Part shown: piece by piece, positions 1 through 9,718 of the stretch
Layout of the letters: each line of letters opens with the position of its first letter
Position numbering within the stretch: position 1 is the stretch's first letter
IMG/VR virus record: IMGVR_UViG_2902076858_000006
DNA from: an uncultured virus (IMG/VR IMGVR_UViG_2902076858_000006)
Lineage: Duplodnaviria > Heunggongvirae > Uroviricota > Caudoviricetes
Strand: one strand, 5' to 3'
DNA: 25,726 nucleotides
Notes under the pieces: generated by a model
The model's database searches: none
Told to the model about the DNA's origin: nothing
What the model saw: the letters and a program-made list of their open reading frames with translations, nothing else
Position numbers and translations under genes: made by a program

Positions 1-1562
1 GCCGGCACCTGAATAGATTGAATAACATTGCCTTCTTGGAGAATAGTAACGGTGTTATAGCGCACATCAGACGCCACATTCTGCCAAGAAAGCGTACCTT
101 GCACGATGTCACTGACAGCAAGTGGAACAAAGGTAAGATTAATGGGTGAAGCAACACTACCAGTGGGTAAACTCACAAACGGCGGACGCTCAAACGGTTT
201 GCCAATCACATCTTCATATAAATAGGCACCATCCTCTTCCAACGTTAAAGCCACACCCTCTAAAGCATGAAAAGACCATTCGGCAATACGGAATTCCAGC
301 CCACTAATCCCCAAAGCCGGTAATTCTAAAAGCACAACTTCACCAGGACGATAAGCATAGCCGTCTAAGTTCATGGTCAATTGAACCCGTCTTCCGGCTT
401 TCTTTTTACGAAGATATTGGCGGGCTAATCGTTGGGCTTGATAAGGGCTAGTAACAAAACGATAATCGATGTTCTCCCGAATTTCTAAGCCATCCTCTTT
501 CACCCACTCGTCCACAATCACAGGCGTGAAATCCGTTTTTGTGTATAACTGTTCGGCATCAATAAACGTGCCATACACCGCATTGGTCGCGTCTTTTAAA
601 CCTGTTTCAGGGGTACACGTGACAGTGCCAATCAATTGTGATTCAGTGATGGTTTTTATTGCAGGCCCATAATAAGCACCAATTTGGATACCGTGTTTTC
701 CTGCGGTGAATGTCGGTTCCGCGTTGATGCATTTGTGCATCGCCTCCAAAACACTGGATGGACTCTCATTTAAGTCATAGGCGCCATTAAGGGTATATCG
801 CGACTCAAATCCGCTTTCTGGTAGACTCACTTTTTCATCACATAAATCGGCCGCCTGTTTAAAGCTGTCAAAATCAATATCCGTATCAGGCACTTTTAAA
901 TAATGGCGGTAATAATCCAAAATGACTAAAGCCCCATTATTACTCCATGCAGTTTGCCCAGTGCGAGGATCAAACAGATGTTTTCCCCAGACTTCACATT
1001 TCACATTGGGTAATCCATAAGGGAATTTTTCTTGGTCAAACGTGAGTGTCACACGTAACCACGCTAGACCTCGACCAATCATATCCTCTTTCCATGACGA
1101 GCAATTTTTAAGCATAAAGGGATCGGCGTCTTTCCTATCGTTATGTAATTCCCATGAGGCTTTATCACCAAACGTCTCAATGAGATCATCCCCCAACCAA
1201 ATCTTCCCTATTTTCTCTATGGGGTGTCCTGCTAACGCTAATGCCAGTGTGATTTTTTCGTTTTCATCTTGTTCGCCTGCTTCTTCTTCGGCGAAGAAAA
1301 GCAAACCCGATATCACTGTTTTTCCGACGATCACGGTTTCAGGCGCAGACGATGAACGTAACATTTGTTTGCGTTCACTGGTATCTCGATAATTCATGGA
1401 AGGCAGTTTTGGCTTAAAGATAAGCGAACCCGCAACTTGAACCGCAACGCCTGCTGCCATCAGCGCCATCCCCATCGCCGAGGTCACGCCTCCGGTAAAT
1501 AGCCCCGCAATCATTAAGCCTGCGCCCACGACTTTTGAAATTAATCCACCACTCCCACCCAT
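1..1562 (-). CDS. phage tail tip / host-specificity protein (gpJ-like), N-terminal part; runs off the window edge
   Basis: Not in the ORF track because it is truncated. ATG at 1562-1560 overlaps the upstream stop (TAATG). Reads MGGSGGLISKVVGAGLMIAGLFTGG...RSSAPETVIVGKTVISGLLFFAEE. Position after tape measure and minor tail genes. Confidence 0.8.
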   Translation of the reverse strand, partial: MGGSGGLISKVVGAGLMIAGLFTGGVTSAMGMALMAAGVAVQVAGSLIFKPKLPSMNYRDTSERKQMLRSSSAPETVIVGKTVISGLLFFAEEEAGEQDENEKITLALALAGHPIEKIGKIWLGDDLIETFGDKASWELHNDRKDADPFMLKNCSSWKEDMIGRGLAWLRVTLTFDQEKFPYGLPNVKCEVWGKHLFDPRTGQTAWSNNGALVILDYYRHYLKVPDTDIDFDSFKQAADLCDEKVSLPESGFESRYTLNGAYDLNESPSSVLEAMHKCINAEPTFTAGKHGIQIGAYYGPAIKTITESQLIGTVTCTPETGLKDATNAVYGTFIDAEQLYTKTDFTPVIVDEWVKEDGLEIRENIDYRFVTSPYQAQRLARQYLRKKKAGRRVQLTMNLDGYAYRPGEVVLLELPALGISGLEFRIAEWSFHALEGVALTLEEDGAYLYEDVIGKPFERPPFVSLPTGSVASPINLTFVPLAVSDIVQGTLSWQNVASDVRYNTVTILQEGNVIQSIQVP

Positions 1563-1960
1563 TATTCCACTCTCCACGCTTTGATTGGGTTAATCTGCAC
1601 TGGCTTCACGCCTTGTGGGGTTACGCCCCAATAATGCCCCGCCCAAACCACGGCTAAACTGTCACCGTCCTCACCTTTAAACAGTACAAGGTCGCCACGC
1701 TGAACGTGCTCAATCTCAATAGATTTGAAATAGCGTGATACGGCTTTCTCTAAGGAGCCAAATTTGGATTTGAGCAGATTGAAGGCTTCAGCTTTGGTTT
1801 TATAGTGATTGAGATAAGGCTTTATTGGCGAGAAACCACATTGTGCGTAAATACATTCAGAGGCAAAAATACAACAATCAAATTTGCCCCATGAAAAAGG
1901 GCGACTCATCGCCGCCCTTATGGTTTCAGGTAATTTAAGTGTCCAGTTAGGTTGTTTCAT
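1562..1960 (-). CDS. tail assembly protein, DUF6950 / NlpC-P60-like (gpK-like)
   Basis: FSWGKFDCCIFA motif and RGDLV segment; located between minor tail and tail tip genes. Confidence 0.7.
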   Translation of the reverse strand: MKQPNWTLKLPETIRAAMSRPFSWGKFDCCIFASECIYAQCGFSPIKPYLNHYKTKAEAFNLLKSKFGSLEKAVSRYFKSIEIEHVQRGDLVLFKGEDGDSLAVVWAGHYWGVTPQGVKPVQINPIKAWRVE

Positions 1961-1978
1961 GTACTGACCTTAAATAGC

Positions 1979-2001
1979 AAAAAACCCACAAAAGTGGGTT
2001 T
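1979..2001 (-). terminator. intrinsic terminator-like hairpin inside the tail operon
   Basis: Minus strand AAACCCAC-TTTT-GTGGGTTT followed by TTT. Confidence 0.55.
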
Positions 2002-2016
2002 AACAAAGCAATAAGA

Positions 2017-2598
2017 TTATTTATAAATAAATGCAGGTGCATCTTTCTTACTGCCCCAATAAATCGCCCGTTCAGCCATTTGAGCCACATAGCGAAAGAT
2101 ACGATCACCTTGTCGTCGAGATGACCATGACTCATCGGTAAATCTATCGGGTAACCCGATTGACCACCGCTCGAATCGATTAGAAACATTAACACATACG
2201 GCATTTTCTTCGCCAGACACCACATTAATCGATGTGATTTGTCCGACAAATAAGACTTCAGCAAGAAGCGGTTTTCCCTCTTCACCGATGGCGACCATCA
2301 TCAACCGGACTTCGCGTCCTCGACTTTGCTCATTCATCACCATTCCCACCAGCGATTTATCAAAACCGGCTAATTTAAGCTGTAATTGTGGAGGACTGGT
2401 TGTCTTATTCTCTTTTAGCTGACTGATTTCGCCTAAACTGCCCACGCCCAAATAAGTTTCCCCCGCAATAATCAGTTGCCCAACACCGGTATGCGCACAG
2501 GTCACGCCTGATTTCAAATCGAGTCTGGCGGCTAAAACAATATAAGCCCCCTCATTAATTGCTTTTACCATACCGTCAGAAAATGGATGATATTGCAT
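2017..2598 (-). CDS. minor tail protein (gpL-like hub)
   Basis: 193 aa; GETYLGVGSLG and RFTDESW..R.QGD.IF motifs typical of siphovirus tail-tip hub proteins; synteny. Confidence 0.65.
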   Translation of the reverse strand: MQYHPFSDGMVKAINEGAYIVLAARLDLKSGVTCAHTGVGQLIIAGETYLGVGSLGEISQLKENKTTSPPQLQLKLAGFDKSLVGMVMNEQSRGREVRLMMVAIGEEGKPLLAEVLFVGQITSINVVSGEENAVCVNVSNRFERWSIGLPDRFTDESWSSRRQGDRIFRYVAQMAERAIYWGSKKDAPAFIYK

Positions 2599-3194
2599 TA
2601 GTACAACACCTCCTCAAAAGATAACGTGATATTGGTATACCCCAAGCGACGATGCTGAAATTTACCCTGTTCATTATCAACGAGCCGAAATACGCCAAAA
2701 GGACGCTCAACCTCGAGCATTTCATTGACGGTAGGTGACGTTCTTAACATCGGTGAAATAGGAATATTTGCGCGCCCCTGATTATCACTGATCACATCTG
2801 CCACCACCATTTTGAGTTCATTACCCACAGTTAAACGATCCCCTTGCTGTAACACACGCATATTGCGCTTCCAATCCTTTGTTTCTAGCCGATTCCCCAA
2901 TTGGCTTGGTATTGCAATACGAGGCGAGCCATACCCATAACGTCCTTTTCTTATCCAGCTTGATATTTTGACCCGTCCCGACATCCCATCCAATGAAGCC
3001 ACCAGCGCTTCTAACTGGCGCGATTTCTCTTCATTTAAGTTATTGAATGTCAACTCACAACGCCACCGACTCCCCGGAAAGCGTACCGTTTGGCTACTTC
3101 CATTAAATGGCGAGGTGAAAGTTTTGCTGTTACTCAATAATTGCCAATTTTCTTGTGTGGGGATCACCTCTTTTGGCCATTCAAGAATAGACAT
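2598..3194 (-). CDS. distal tail / minor tail protein (gpM/Dit-like)
   Basis: 198 aa directly after tape measure; SPFNGSSQTV.FPGSRW motif. Confidence 0.65.
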   Translation of the reverse strand: MSILEWPKEVIPTQENWQLLSNSKTFTSPFNGSSQTVRFPGSRWRCELTFNNLNEEKSRQLEALVASLDGMSGRVKISSWIRKGRYGYGSPRIAIPSQLGNRLETKDWKRNMRVLQQGDRLTVGNELKMVVADVISDNQGRANIPISPMLRTSPTVNEMLEVERPFGVFRLVDNEQGKFQHRRLGYTNITLSFEEVLY

Positions 3195-6100
3195 TTAGAC
3201 TCCTAATGTTCTGCGTGCTGCGCCATTACTTTGAAAGTCTTGTAACATCATCGCGTGAGCTTTCTGTGCGCCTGCTTCTGTCCCTTGTTGTGCGGCTTCT
3301 TTCATTGCTTGAGCAAGAACAGCATCACCATTGCCTGTCACTGTAATATGATTAACGACCGTCATTTGTACACCACCCGCACGGGCTAACGTTGGTTGTG
3401 GTGTAACGGGTATTCGCCCTGCGACCGCTCCCACAAAGCCCCCCGAAGCATAACCTTGCGCCGCATGCATTAAGCGATAGAGATTGCCGACACCCAATTT
3501 AGCCGTCGCTTCTTTGGTAAAAACAAACTCACCACCATGCACAATCCCTTTAGGCTCAAATTTCCCGCCATGCCCCGTATAACCACCGTAAGCATGCCCT
3601 TTGCTCATCCATCCCATATCAAAGCCCATTGCCTGCCCGCCTGCTTCAATGGCTTTGAAAATCAGCATTTTCATTACCATTCGAGTGATATCGGAAATCA
3701 CCGCATTGGCAAAATCTTTAAAGCTTCCTTTCCCCGTTAAAGCAAAATCGGCTAATGCATCAGACATATTATTAAGGGCATTGGTAGTGACGTTTCTGAC
3801 GTTCTCCATCACATCCATGGCTGACTCACTGAAATCCGATAAGCCTTGTTTTAATCCCGCCATCGGATCACCTTTCATGGCTTCTCGCTTTCTAAGCTCT
3901 TCCTCAATTTGCTGTTTAGTGAGTTCGACATTGCGTTGTAAGTTCGCCAACTCTTTTTCGCCTAAATCCACACTGGCTTGCTGATACAGCACATCAATCT
4001 GACGAAGGGCATTGAGCTTTTCTTGCTCTGCGCGCGATTTCCCTATCAAGGTAGTTTCAAATTGCATCTGCTCAATTTCTTTACCGCGATCATAAGCAAA
4101 TTGCGCGACCGAGTTTGCTCGCGCTAAATCATCAATGGCTTTCGCTTTTTCTTTTATCGTCTCAATGGCGTTGGGATCGATTTTTAAGATGGCATCAAAC
4201 TTGTCTTTGTTCTGTTTGATATCGGCTAATGCGGATGTGTATTCATTAAAGGAAGAGGTAGTGCCATACAGCTGAATACTTTGTCCATCTGCAATCAGTG
4301 AGGCTTGTTTTTCCTCTAATTCCGTCAAGATTTTGGTGTACTGTTTGGCATAATCAATGGTGGATTTATGACTGGGCTTATACGTCCGTTTGGCTTGCAG
4401 TGCCAGTTGTGCCTCAATTTCAGCTTGTAAGGCCTTATCGTAGCCTTGCATATCTGGCGTAATTTTGCGTGAAGCCAATACATCTTCTGCATTTAATTTC
4501 GCTAATGCCTTCCCTGTGGCTTGCGCTTTTGCCACTGAACGTTGCGATTTTTCAATCGATTCATCAATCTGTTTAGCAATCGCCGTGGCGGCATTCACTT
4601 GGCTATTTGTCGCCTGAAGCGTGATATCAATAAGTGATTCATATTCAATGCCTAAACTCTTCAAACTCGCCTTAAGTGAATTGATAACGGCATCAACATT
4701 TTGTAACTCAGTGGCATAGCGTTTATATTCAGGGGCTTGATCACCCACTTTTTCTTTGAGTGTCGCCAACATATTTTGCATATTGGCTCGCTGACGCTCT
4801 AAGTTATTAACTTGCTCTGCATACATTCCCATCGCAGCATCAAGCTCTTTTTGCTTTTCAGCTACTCGTTTAAGGTATAAATCCCCCACACCTTGTTCAG
4901 TAAACGCCTTTTCACTCTCAACGCTGTATTTTGATAGACCTTGTAAGGAAATGACCTGTTGTTTAAGTTCCTCGATTTTCTCCAATTGCGCGTTAATGCC
5001 CGATGAAACTTTGCTTAAATTCGCCACTAACGTGGTATTGCTCATTTTGTTTAACGCTTCTGTTGATGTATCAAGGGAATGAGCAAATTCAATCGATTCT
5101 AACTTGGCTTGTTTGACATTTTCGCTGTATTCATACAATCCCATACCCAATGCCGCCACACCCGTCAACACTAATCCAATAGGGCCACCCGCTAATCCCA
5201 TAACACTGTTAAGTGCTCGCCCTGCCACCGTTGATTGACGCCGAGCGGTCGTTAATGCACGTTGAGCAACGTTTTCGGCTGTTAATGCTTGTGTATAATT
5301 TAGAGAGGCTGTTCTTGCGAGTGACTTTGTGGCGATAAGGTTATCGAGTGCGATTTTTTCCGCGTTAGTGCCTCTAGCAACTTGATATTCCATTTTGGCT
5401 CTATTGAGCGCCGATGTGGTAGCTTCTTTATCCACCCATGCCTTCCTCACGGCACTGGTTGCTGCCACACTGTTTGCCTCTGCACTCTGTAATGTGGCTT
5501 TGGCTTCATTCAACGTTGTCTGATTTTTCAGATAAGTGGCTTTCGTCCATTGAGAGAGTTTTGCTACCAATGCCGTGACAGCAATTCCTTCAACCACTTT
5601 AGCGACTAACGATAGATTATCGGCAAGAGTGGTCATCCCTGTGGTAAAAAGCTGAGTCACACCTGTACCTTGATTCGCTTCGCCGATAAATTTTGTCATC
5701 GCCGATTGAAGATTAGTGAAACCTTGGCTAACCGTCGTCACGCTGGTAGCAAATTTTTTATCCACACTGTCGGCTGCACGCTCTAAGGCTTGAATGACTT
5801 TCTCAATCGTCATTTCACCATCTTGGGCTTTCTTCCTTAGTTCACCCACACTGACACCCATTCCATCAGCGATGGCTTTCGCTAACGCAGGGGTTTGCTC
5901 CATCACCGAATTTAGCTCTTCGCCACGTAACTGACCCGAGGCTAATGCTTGACCAAACTGGGTTAATGCTGCTTGGGCTGCAGTTGCACTCGCCCCTGAA
6001 ATCGCCACGGCTTTTGAGACGGTTTCCGTGAGTTCAGCCACTTTTTGCTGACTTAATCCTAAGCGATCGGCATTATCCGCAAAACGTTGATAAACCTGCG

Positions 6101-6470
6101 CTGTGGCATCCAATGATTGATAGGTTTTTTGGGCAATATCATAGACCGCTTGTGTGGCTTTATTTAACTCAACGGAGCTTTCTGTCACCAGTTTTAAACG
6201 GTTCTGTAATTCCGTCCAACTATCAGCATAATTAATGACTTGATGAATGGATAATGCACTTGCGGTGACACTCGCAAAACGGGCAAAAAGCGCCGAGGAT
6301 TTTGCGGTTTGCGATACCATTCGCTCTTGTTGCACGGTGATAGCTTGAAGGCTGACGCGAATACTTTGCCCAAATTGTTCTGTTTGGCGCTGGCTACGGT
6401 TGATCGCATTTGTGAAATTTGCCGTATTCAGCGTCAAATCAATATTTAATCTACCTAATGCTCCCGCCAT
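3195..6470 (-). CDS. tail tape measure protein
   Basis: ~1090 aa, Ala-rich and helical; GQALASGQLRGEELNSVMEQTP tape-measure motif; C-terminal GGYTG.GGKFEP.GIVH.GEFV. Probable start is ATG 6470 (MAGALG), not the upstream GTG. Confidence 0.93.
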   Translation of the reverse strand: MAGALGRLNIDLTLNTANFTNAINRSQRQTEQFGQSIRVSLQAITVQQERMVSQTAKSSALFARFASVTASALSIHQVINYADSWTELQNRLKLVTESSVELNKATQAVYDIAQKTYQSLDATAQVYQRFADNADRLGLSQQKVAELTETVSKAVAISGASATAAQAALTQFGQALASGQLRGEELNSVMEQTPALAKAIADGMGVSVGELRKKAQDGEMTIEKVIQALERAADSVDKKFATSVTTVSQGFTNLQSAMTKFIGEANQGTGVTQLFTTGMTTLADNLSLVAKVVEGIAVTALVAKLSQWTKATYLKNQTTLNEAKATLQSAEANSVAATSAVRKAWVDKEATTSALNRAKMEYQVARGTNAEKIALDNLIATKSLARTASLNYTQALTAENVAQRALTTARRQSTVAGRALNSVMGLAGGPIGLVLTGVAALGMGLYEYSENVKQAKLESIEFAHSLDTSTEALNKMSNTTLVANLSKVSSGINAQLEKIEELKQQVISLQGLSKYSVESEKAFTEQGVGDLYLKRVAEKQKELDAAMGMYAEQVNNLERQRANMQNMLATLKEKVGDQAPEYKRYATELQNVDAVINSLKASLKSLGIEYESLIDITLQATNSQVNAATAIAKQIDESIEKSQRSVAKAQATGKALAKLNAEDVLASRKITPDMQGYDKALQAEIEAQLALQAKRTYKPSHKSTIDYAKQYTKILTELEEKQASLIADGQSIQLYGTTSSFNEYTSALADIKQNKDKFDAILKIDPNAIETIKEKAKAIDDLARANSVAQFAYDRGKEIEQMQFETTLIGKSRAEQEKLNALRQIDVLYQQASVDLGEKELANLQRNVELTKQQIEEELRKREAMKGDPMAGLKQGLSDFSESAMDVMENVRNVTTNALNNMSDALADFALTGKGSFKDFANAVISDITRMVMKMLIFKAIEAGGQAMGFDMGWMSKGHAYGGYTGHGGKFEPKGIVHGGEFVFTKEATAKLGVGNLYRLMHAAQGYASGGFVGAVAGRIPVTPQPTLARAGGVQMTVVNHITVTGNGDAVLAQAMKEAAQQGTEAGAQKAHAMMLQDFQSNGAARRTLGV

Positions 6471-6541
6471 AAATTCAATCCTTGGAGTGAACACTACAAA
6501 AGCAAACTTTCACCCTGAATAAATGCAATATTCCTTGTTAT

Positions 6542-6569
6542 TTGCTATTGATTTAATTATTGATAAACT
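6542..6569 (+). promoter_or_regulatory. putative sigma70 promoter for the Pmp3/YqaE moron
   Basis: TTGCTA (6542-6547), 16 nt spacer, extended -10 TG-a-TAAACT (6561-6569). Confidence 0.45.
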
Positions 6570-6596
6570 GAAATTTCGAATAATAGAGGGGGTTTT

Positions 6597-6788
6597 ATGA
6601 GACTTATTCTGGCGTTATTACTACCTTGGTTACAATTTTTCACGATTGGTCGCCCATTTGCTGGCATCTTCTGCCTTATCCTACAAATCACCTTAATTGG
6701 GTGGATCCCTGCGGCTATCTGGTCGGTTTATGCTCTTTCTCAATACAATACGGATAAAAAAATTGAGAAAATGTCTCGCGGTGGTTAA
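6597..6788 (+). CDS. YqaE/Pmp3-family small membrane protein (moron)
   Basis: 63 aa with two hydrophobic segments; ILALLLPW...CLILQITLIGWIPAAIWSVY matches the Pmp3/UPF0057 pattern; GAGGGGG RBS; opposite strand to the tail operon. Confidence 0.85.
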   Translation: MRLILALLLPWLQFFTIGRPFAGIFCLILQITLIGWIPAAIWSVYALSQYNTDKKIEKMSRGG

Positions 6789-6794
6789 CGATTA

Positions 6795-6814
6795 AGCCCC
6801 GCAAATGTGGGGCT
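6795..6814. terminator. hairpin between the convergent moron and tail chaperone genes
   Basis: AGCCCCGC-AAAT-GTGGGGCT stem-loop. Confidence 0.55.
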
Positions 6815-7085
6815 ATCGATTAGCTAATACACTCTCAGTGACGTTGTCCCACAGCTCTTCTTCCGTGATTTTCTTCTTCCACATCGGCATAAAATCCATC
6901 AATTCCGGTGGAGACGTTTTCGGATCACGATTTATCATCGCGAGAAGATGCGCCACTTGTGCCATCCGATAATCCTCTCGCCATAAGCCAAAGGGCTGTT
7001 TGCGATAAAAGGCCTCATATTCACACAAGTGGCTTTCGGGCATTTGCTCGATTTCTGCGAGCGTTTTTCCCAGAGCCAACGACAA
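6813..7085 (-). CDS. tail assembly chaperone T part (gpT / DUF4035-like), expressed as a G-T frameshift fusion
   Basis: LALGKTLAEIEQM...EY.AFY..QPFG.WRED motif; the frame is open back to the slippery site at 7115-7121; the predicted TTG start is probably not a real start. Confidence 0.8.
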   Translation of the reverse strand: MSLALGKTLAEIEQMPESHLCEYEAFYRKQPFGLWREDYRMAQVAHLLAMINRDPKTSPPELMDFMPMWKKKITEEELWDNVTESVLANR

Positions 7086-7087
7086 TA

Positions 7088-7510
7088 TCAGTTGGAATTG
7101 TCGTCGGTCTCCGAGTTTTTTTCACTGTTCCCCGCTTCAGCCGTAAACACCGCATTAGAGAATCCTTGTCCTAGACGATTAAGGCCTTTTAAGTCCGCTT
7201 CATTTTCAGCATCAAAAAGCAGTTCTCCTTTTTCATCACATAACTTAAAGGCCAGCATTCTGGCGACATCATATTCATCGTAGACACGATTTATCGCCTC
7301 ATTAAATTGTTCGGGATCGTCTTCATCTAAATAAATATCCTGCGCTTCGGCGAGCTTAATTTTAATTTGGCGAAGTTTACGCTGAATGTAATTCATGGTG
7401 CCAACATCCAGCTCTTTGACATAAAAGGTGTTGTCTAAATAGGTAAAAGGCGTCACTTTCAGTGCTTGGTTTAACACTAATTCACGCAATAAAGCGTTAG
7501 ACATAATCAC
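7088..7510 (-). CDS. tail assembly chaperone G
   Basis: 140 aa between tail tube and T/tape measure; ends ...SEKNS across the slippery sequence. Confidence 0.85.
   Translation of the reverse strand: MIMSNALLRELVLNQALKVTPFTYLDNTFYVKELDVGTMNYIQRKLRQIKIKLAEAQDIYLDEDDPEQFNEAINRVYDEYDVARMLAFKLCDEKGELLFDAENEADLKGLNRLGQGFSNAVFTAEAGNSEKNSETDDNSN
7115..7121 (-). other. programmed -1 ribosomal frameshift heptamer A-AAA-AAC
   Basis: Frame 0 reads GAA AAA AAC TCG. The -1 frame reads KKLGDRRQFQLILSLALGKTLAE, continuous with ORF 6813..7085. Confidence 0.85.
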
Positions 7511-7568
7511 TCCTAAGATTTTTTATCGAGAAGGGAGATGAGAAATAATAAGAGAGGTGAATTAAGAG

Positions 7569-8240
7569 TTATTTCTTCACATTCAAATAATCACGGCCAG
7601 ACAATTTAATTGAGATCCCCGAATCCATCATTTGCCCTACACTGCCATCAATGTTCATACCTGTCTCGACGGAGCCGTAATAAAACATGGAGCCTTCATC
7701 TCGCGTTAAGACCATTTTCACTGCGAATTTTTCTTTGCTGTTTTCATATTTACGCAAGAGTCGCTGCACATCACTGGAGCTATACCGTAAGAAAAAGGTC
7801 AATTTAATTGAGCCGTATTCCGTATCACCGGATTCATATTCTTTGCCATCACTGCAAATAGTGGTGACATCAATTTGTTCGGTTGTCGAACCGTCTTTGC
7901 TGAAACTTTTTACCGCACAGAAATTATTAGACCATTGAATGCGTTGTGCTTTGGCGTTTGCAAAATCCGTGGGTAACGTTTTATCACGCCAATCCACTTC
8001 CTCACACAAAGTCACTTTATTGCCATCAACCTGTGCAATGGGGAAACGCCCATCTAACTCCCCGAGTCCCGATAACATAATCATGTCATCCGCTTTCAGT
8101 TTATTATTGGCGATGGTAATGGTTGCCGGTGATAACGTCGCTTCCGTCACCGTCATCGCCTCCCCTAAGCCTGTTTGCACAAAGATCTTCGTGCCGAGGA
8201 AAGGCGTCGCTTTATGGTTTTTTGACTTTGCCATATCCAT
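7569..8240 (-). CDS. major tail (tube) protein
   Basis: 223 aa; TTEQIDVTTICSDGKEYE.G motif; synteny. Confidence 0.85.
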   Translation of the reverse strand: MDMAKSKNHKATPFLGTKIFVQTGLGEAMTVTEATLSPATITIANNKLKADDMIMLSGLGELDGRFPIAQVDGNKVTLCEEVDWRDKTLPTDFANAKAQRIQWSNNFCAVKSFSKDGSTTEQIDVTTICSDGKEYESGDTEYGSIKLTFFLRYSSSDVQRLLRKYENSKEKFAVKMVLTRDEGSMFYYGSVETGMNIDGSVGQMMDSGISIKLSGRDYLNVKK

Positions 8241-8243
8241 TCC

Positions 8244-8591
8244 TTATTTATCTGATGAAATCATTAATTCAAGAACAAGCCGATGCAATTTGACATCCGC
8301 TTCATACCCAAAGATCGCATTCACCCGTTGTGCAAATGGGATTGTCGCAACAATCTGAGTTTCAATCTTTTTACGCAAGACCATAAGGGGTTGTGGCTGT
8401 GGCGCATACACATCAAGTTGCACACGATAGTTGTCTAAATCCGTATCCTCCAGCGCACTGTTAGGCGTGATGCTGGCAAACTGGATCACAATGGCGGGAT
8501 AATGCCCTTTGCCTTCAGGTAATACCTGAAAAAAAACCCTTCCATCGACAAGCGGTGAAAGGGTCTCTTTTAATTGCTGTATCATGGTCAC
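8244..8591 (-). CDS. tail terminator protein (DUF3168 / gp11-like)
   Basis: RVQLDVYA motif; position before the tail tube gene. Confidence 0.8.
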   Translation of the reverse strand: MTMIQQLKETLSPLVDGRVFFQVLPEGKGHYPAIVIQFASITPNSALEDTDLDNYRVQLDVYAPQPQPLMVLRKKIETQIVATIPFAQRVNAIFGYEADVKLHRLVLELMISSDK

Positions 8592-9064
8592 TACCTTGCT
8601 TTTTCAATATCCTCTTTGAGTGTTTGAACAATCACTTTAGCCGTCGCTTCCTTTTTCGCTTCAAAGCTGGGGCGCATAAACGGTTGTGCGGGCATCTTGG
8701 CGGTGCCAAACTCAACAAACCACCAATAAAACGGATCATTTGGGTTCAATGCCGCACTTTTTCCCGTTGCCTGTTTAAAGGCAGACACCTTTTTACCCGA
8801 TAATGATTTCACCCAAATACGCGTTTTGACTTGTCCATTGCGTTGTACTTTCGTTTTAGAACGAATATTGCGCTTGATAGTGCCTTTGCGTCGATGCGGC
8901 ACCGTTTCCTTAAGGATAGGCACTCGATGTTTGATTTCCTGCTTTAACGCCGAAGCCCCTGCATTCATCGCCTTACGCGCACTTTGATTTCTGGTTTTAC
9001 GGGCGATATCTTGCATTCGTTGAGCGAGTTCAGACAATCCACTGATTTTAATCTCACCCATCAT
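8591..9064 (-). CDS. HK97 gp10-family tail completion protein
   Basis: YWWFVEFGTAKMPAQPFMRP signature. Confidence 0.92.
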   Translation of the reverse strand: MMGEIKISGLSELAQRMQDIARKTRNQSARKAMNAGASALKQEIKHRVPILKETVPHRRKGTIKRNIRSKTKVQRNGQVKTRIWVKSLSGKKVSAFKQATGKSAALNPNDPFYWWFVEFGTAKMPAQPFMRPSFEAKKEATAKVIVQTLKEDIEKAR

Positions 9065-9383
9065 TCACGCCCTCTTTGCACATTAATTGAAGCTCACGAT
9101 GACGCTCATAAGGGTCAATAATCGAAATAATATTAAATAGTCGCTTACCCCATACAATACGCATCGAGGTATCAATATCAGCAATATAGCGAATAAGAAT
9201 TCGCGTTGTGGCCTCACTTTGTACTTGCTGAGCTTGAAAATATTCTCGCCCTTGATAAGGCATGATCGCTGCACGTACTTTTGTCGCATGATCCGTCCAA
9301 ATCACATCACTGCCACTGATGGCATCGGGCGCTAATACTGATTTTTGAATATGAATAGTGTGGCGTAATCGTCCTGCACGCAT
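9054..9383 (-). CDS. head closure / head-tail adaptor (SPP1 gp16-like)
   Basis: MRAGRLRH N-terminus, GREYF, IRY, ELQLMCKEG. Confidence 0.92.
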   Translation of the reverse strand: MRAGRLRHTIHIQKSVLAPDAISGSDVIWTDHATKVRAAIMPYQGREYFQAQQVQSEATTRILIRYIADIDTSMRIVWGKRLFNIISIIDPYERHRELQLMCKEGVNDG

Positions 9384-9391
9384 AAAACCTC

Positions 9392-9718
9392 CTACAACCC
9401 ATAAATCCGGTAAGGTTGAAGTAGTGCGGTGACCGCAAAAGGTTGTGTAGAAAAAGCTTGCCCCGAAATTACCCCCTCACGATTTTCATACCATTGCGCA
9501 ATTAATAAGAGCATTGCCGCAATCACATCATCCGTTAAGAACAAGGCTTCAGGATCTTCTTGTGCTTTATCCATCTCCTGAGTTTTATGTAATGTTCGAC
9601 GCGTGTAATTTTCAACATATTTCACGGCGGAACCGATATACAGCGTCAATAAATTATCGTCATCCGTAAAATCAGGATCGATATTGCAATGCTGCTTCAC
9701 CAATTCGAGAGAAAGCAT
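9392..9718 (-). CDS. head-tail connector (HK97 gp6-like)
   Basis: LELVKQHCNID..DD.LL; AMLLLIAQWYENRE; LLQPYR. Confidence 0.92.
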   Translation of the reverse strand: MLSLELVKQHCNIDPDFTDDDNLLTLYIGSAVKYVENYTRRTLHKTQEMDKAQEDPEALFLTDDVIAAMLLLIAQWYENREGVISGQAFSTQPFAVTALLQPYRIYGL

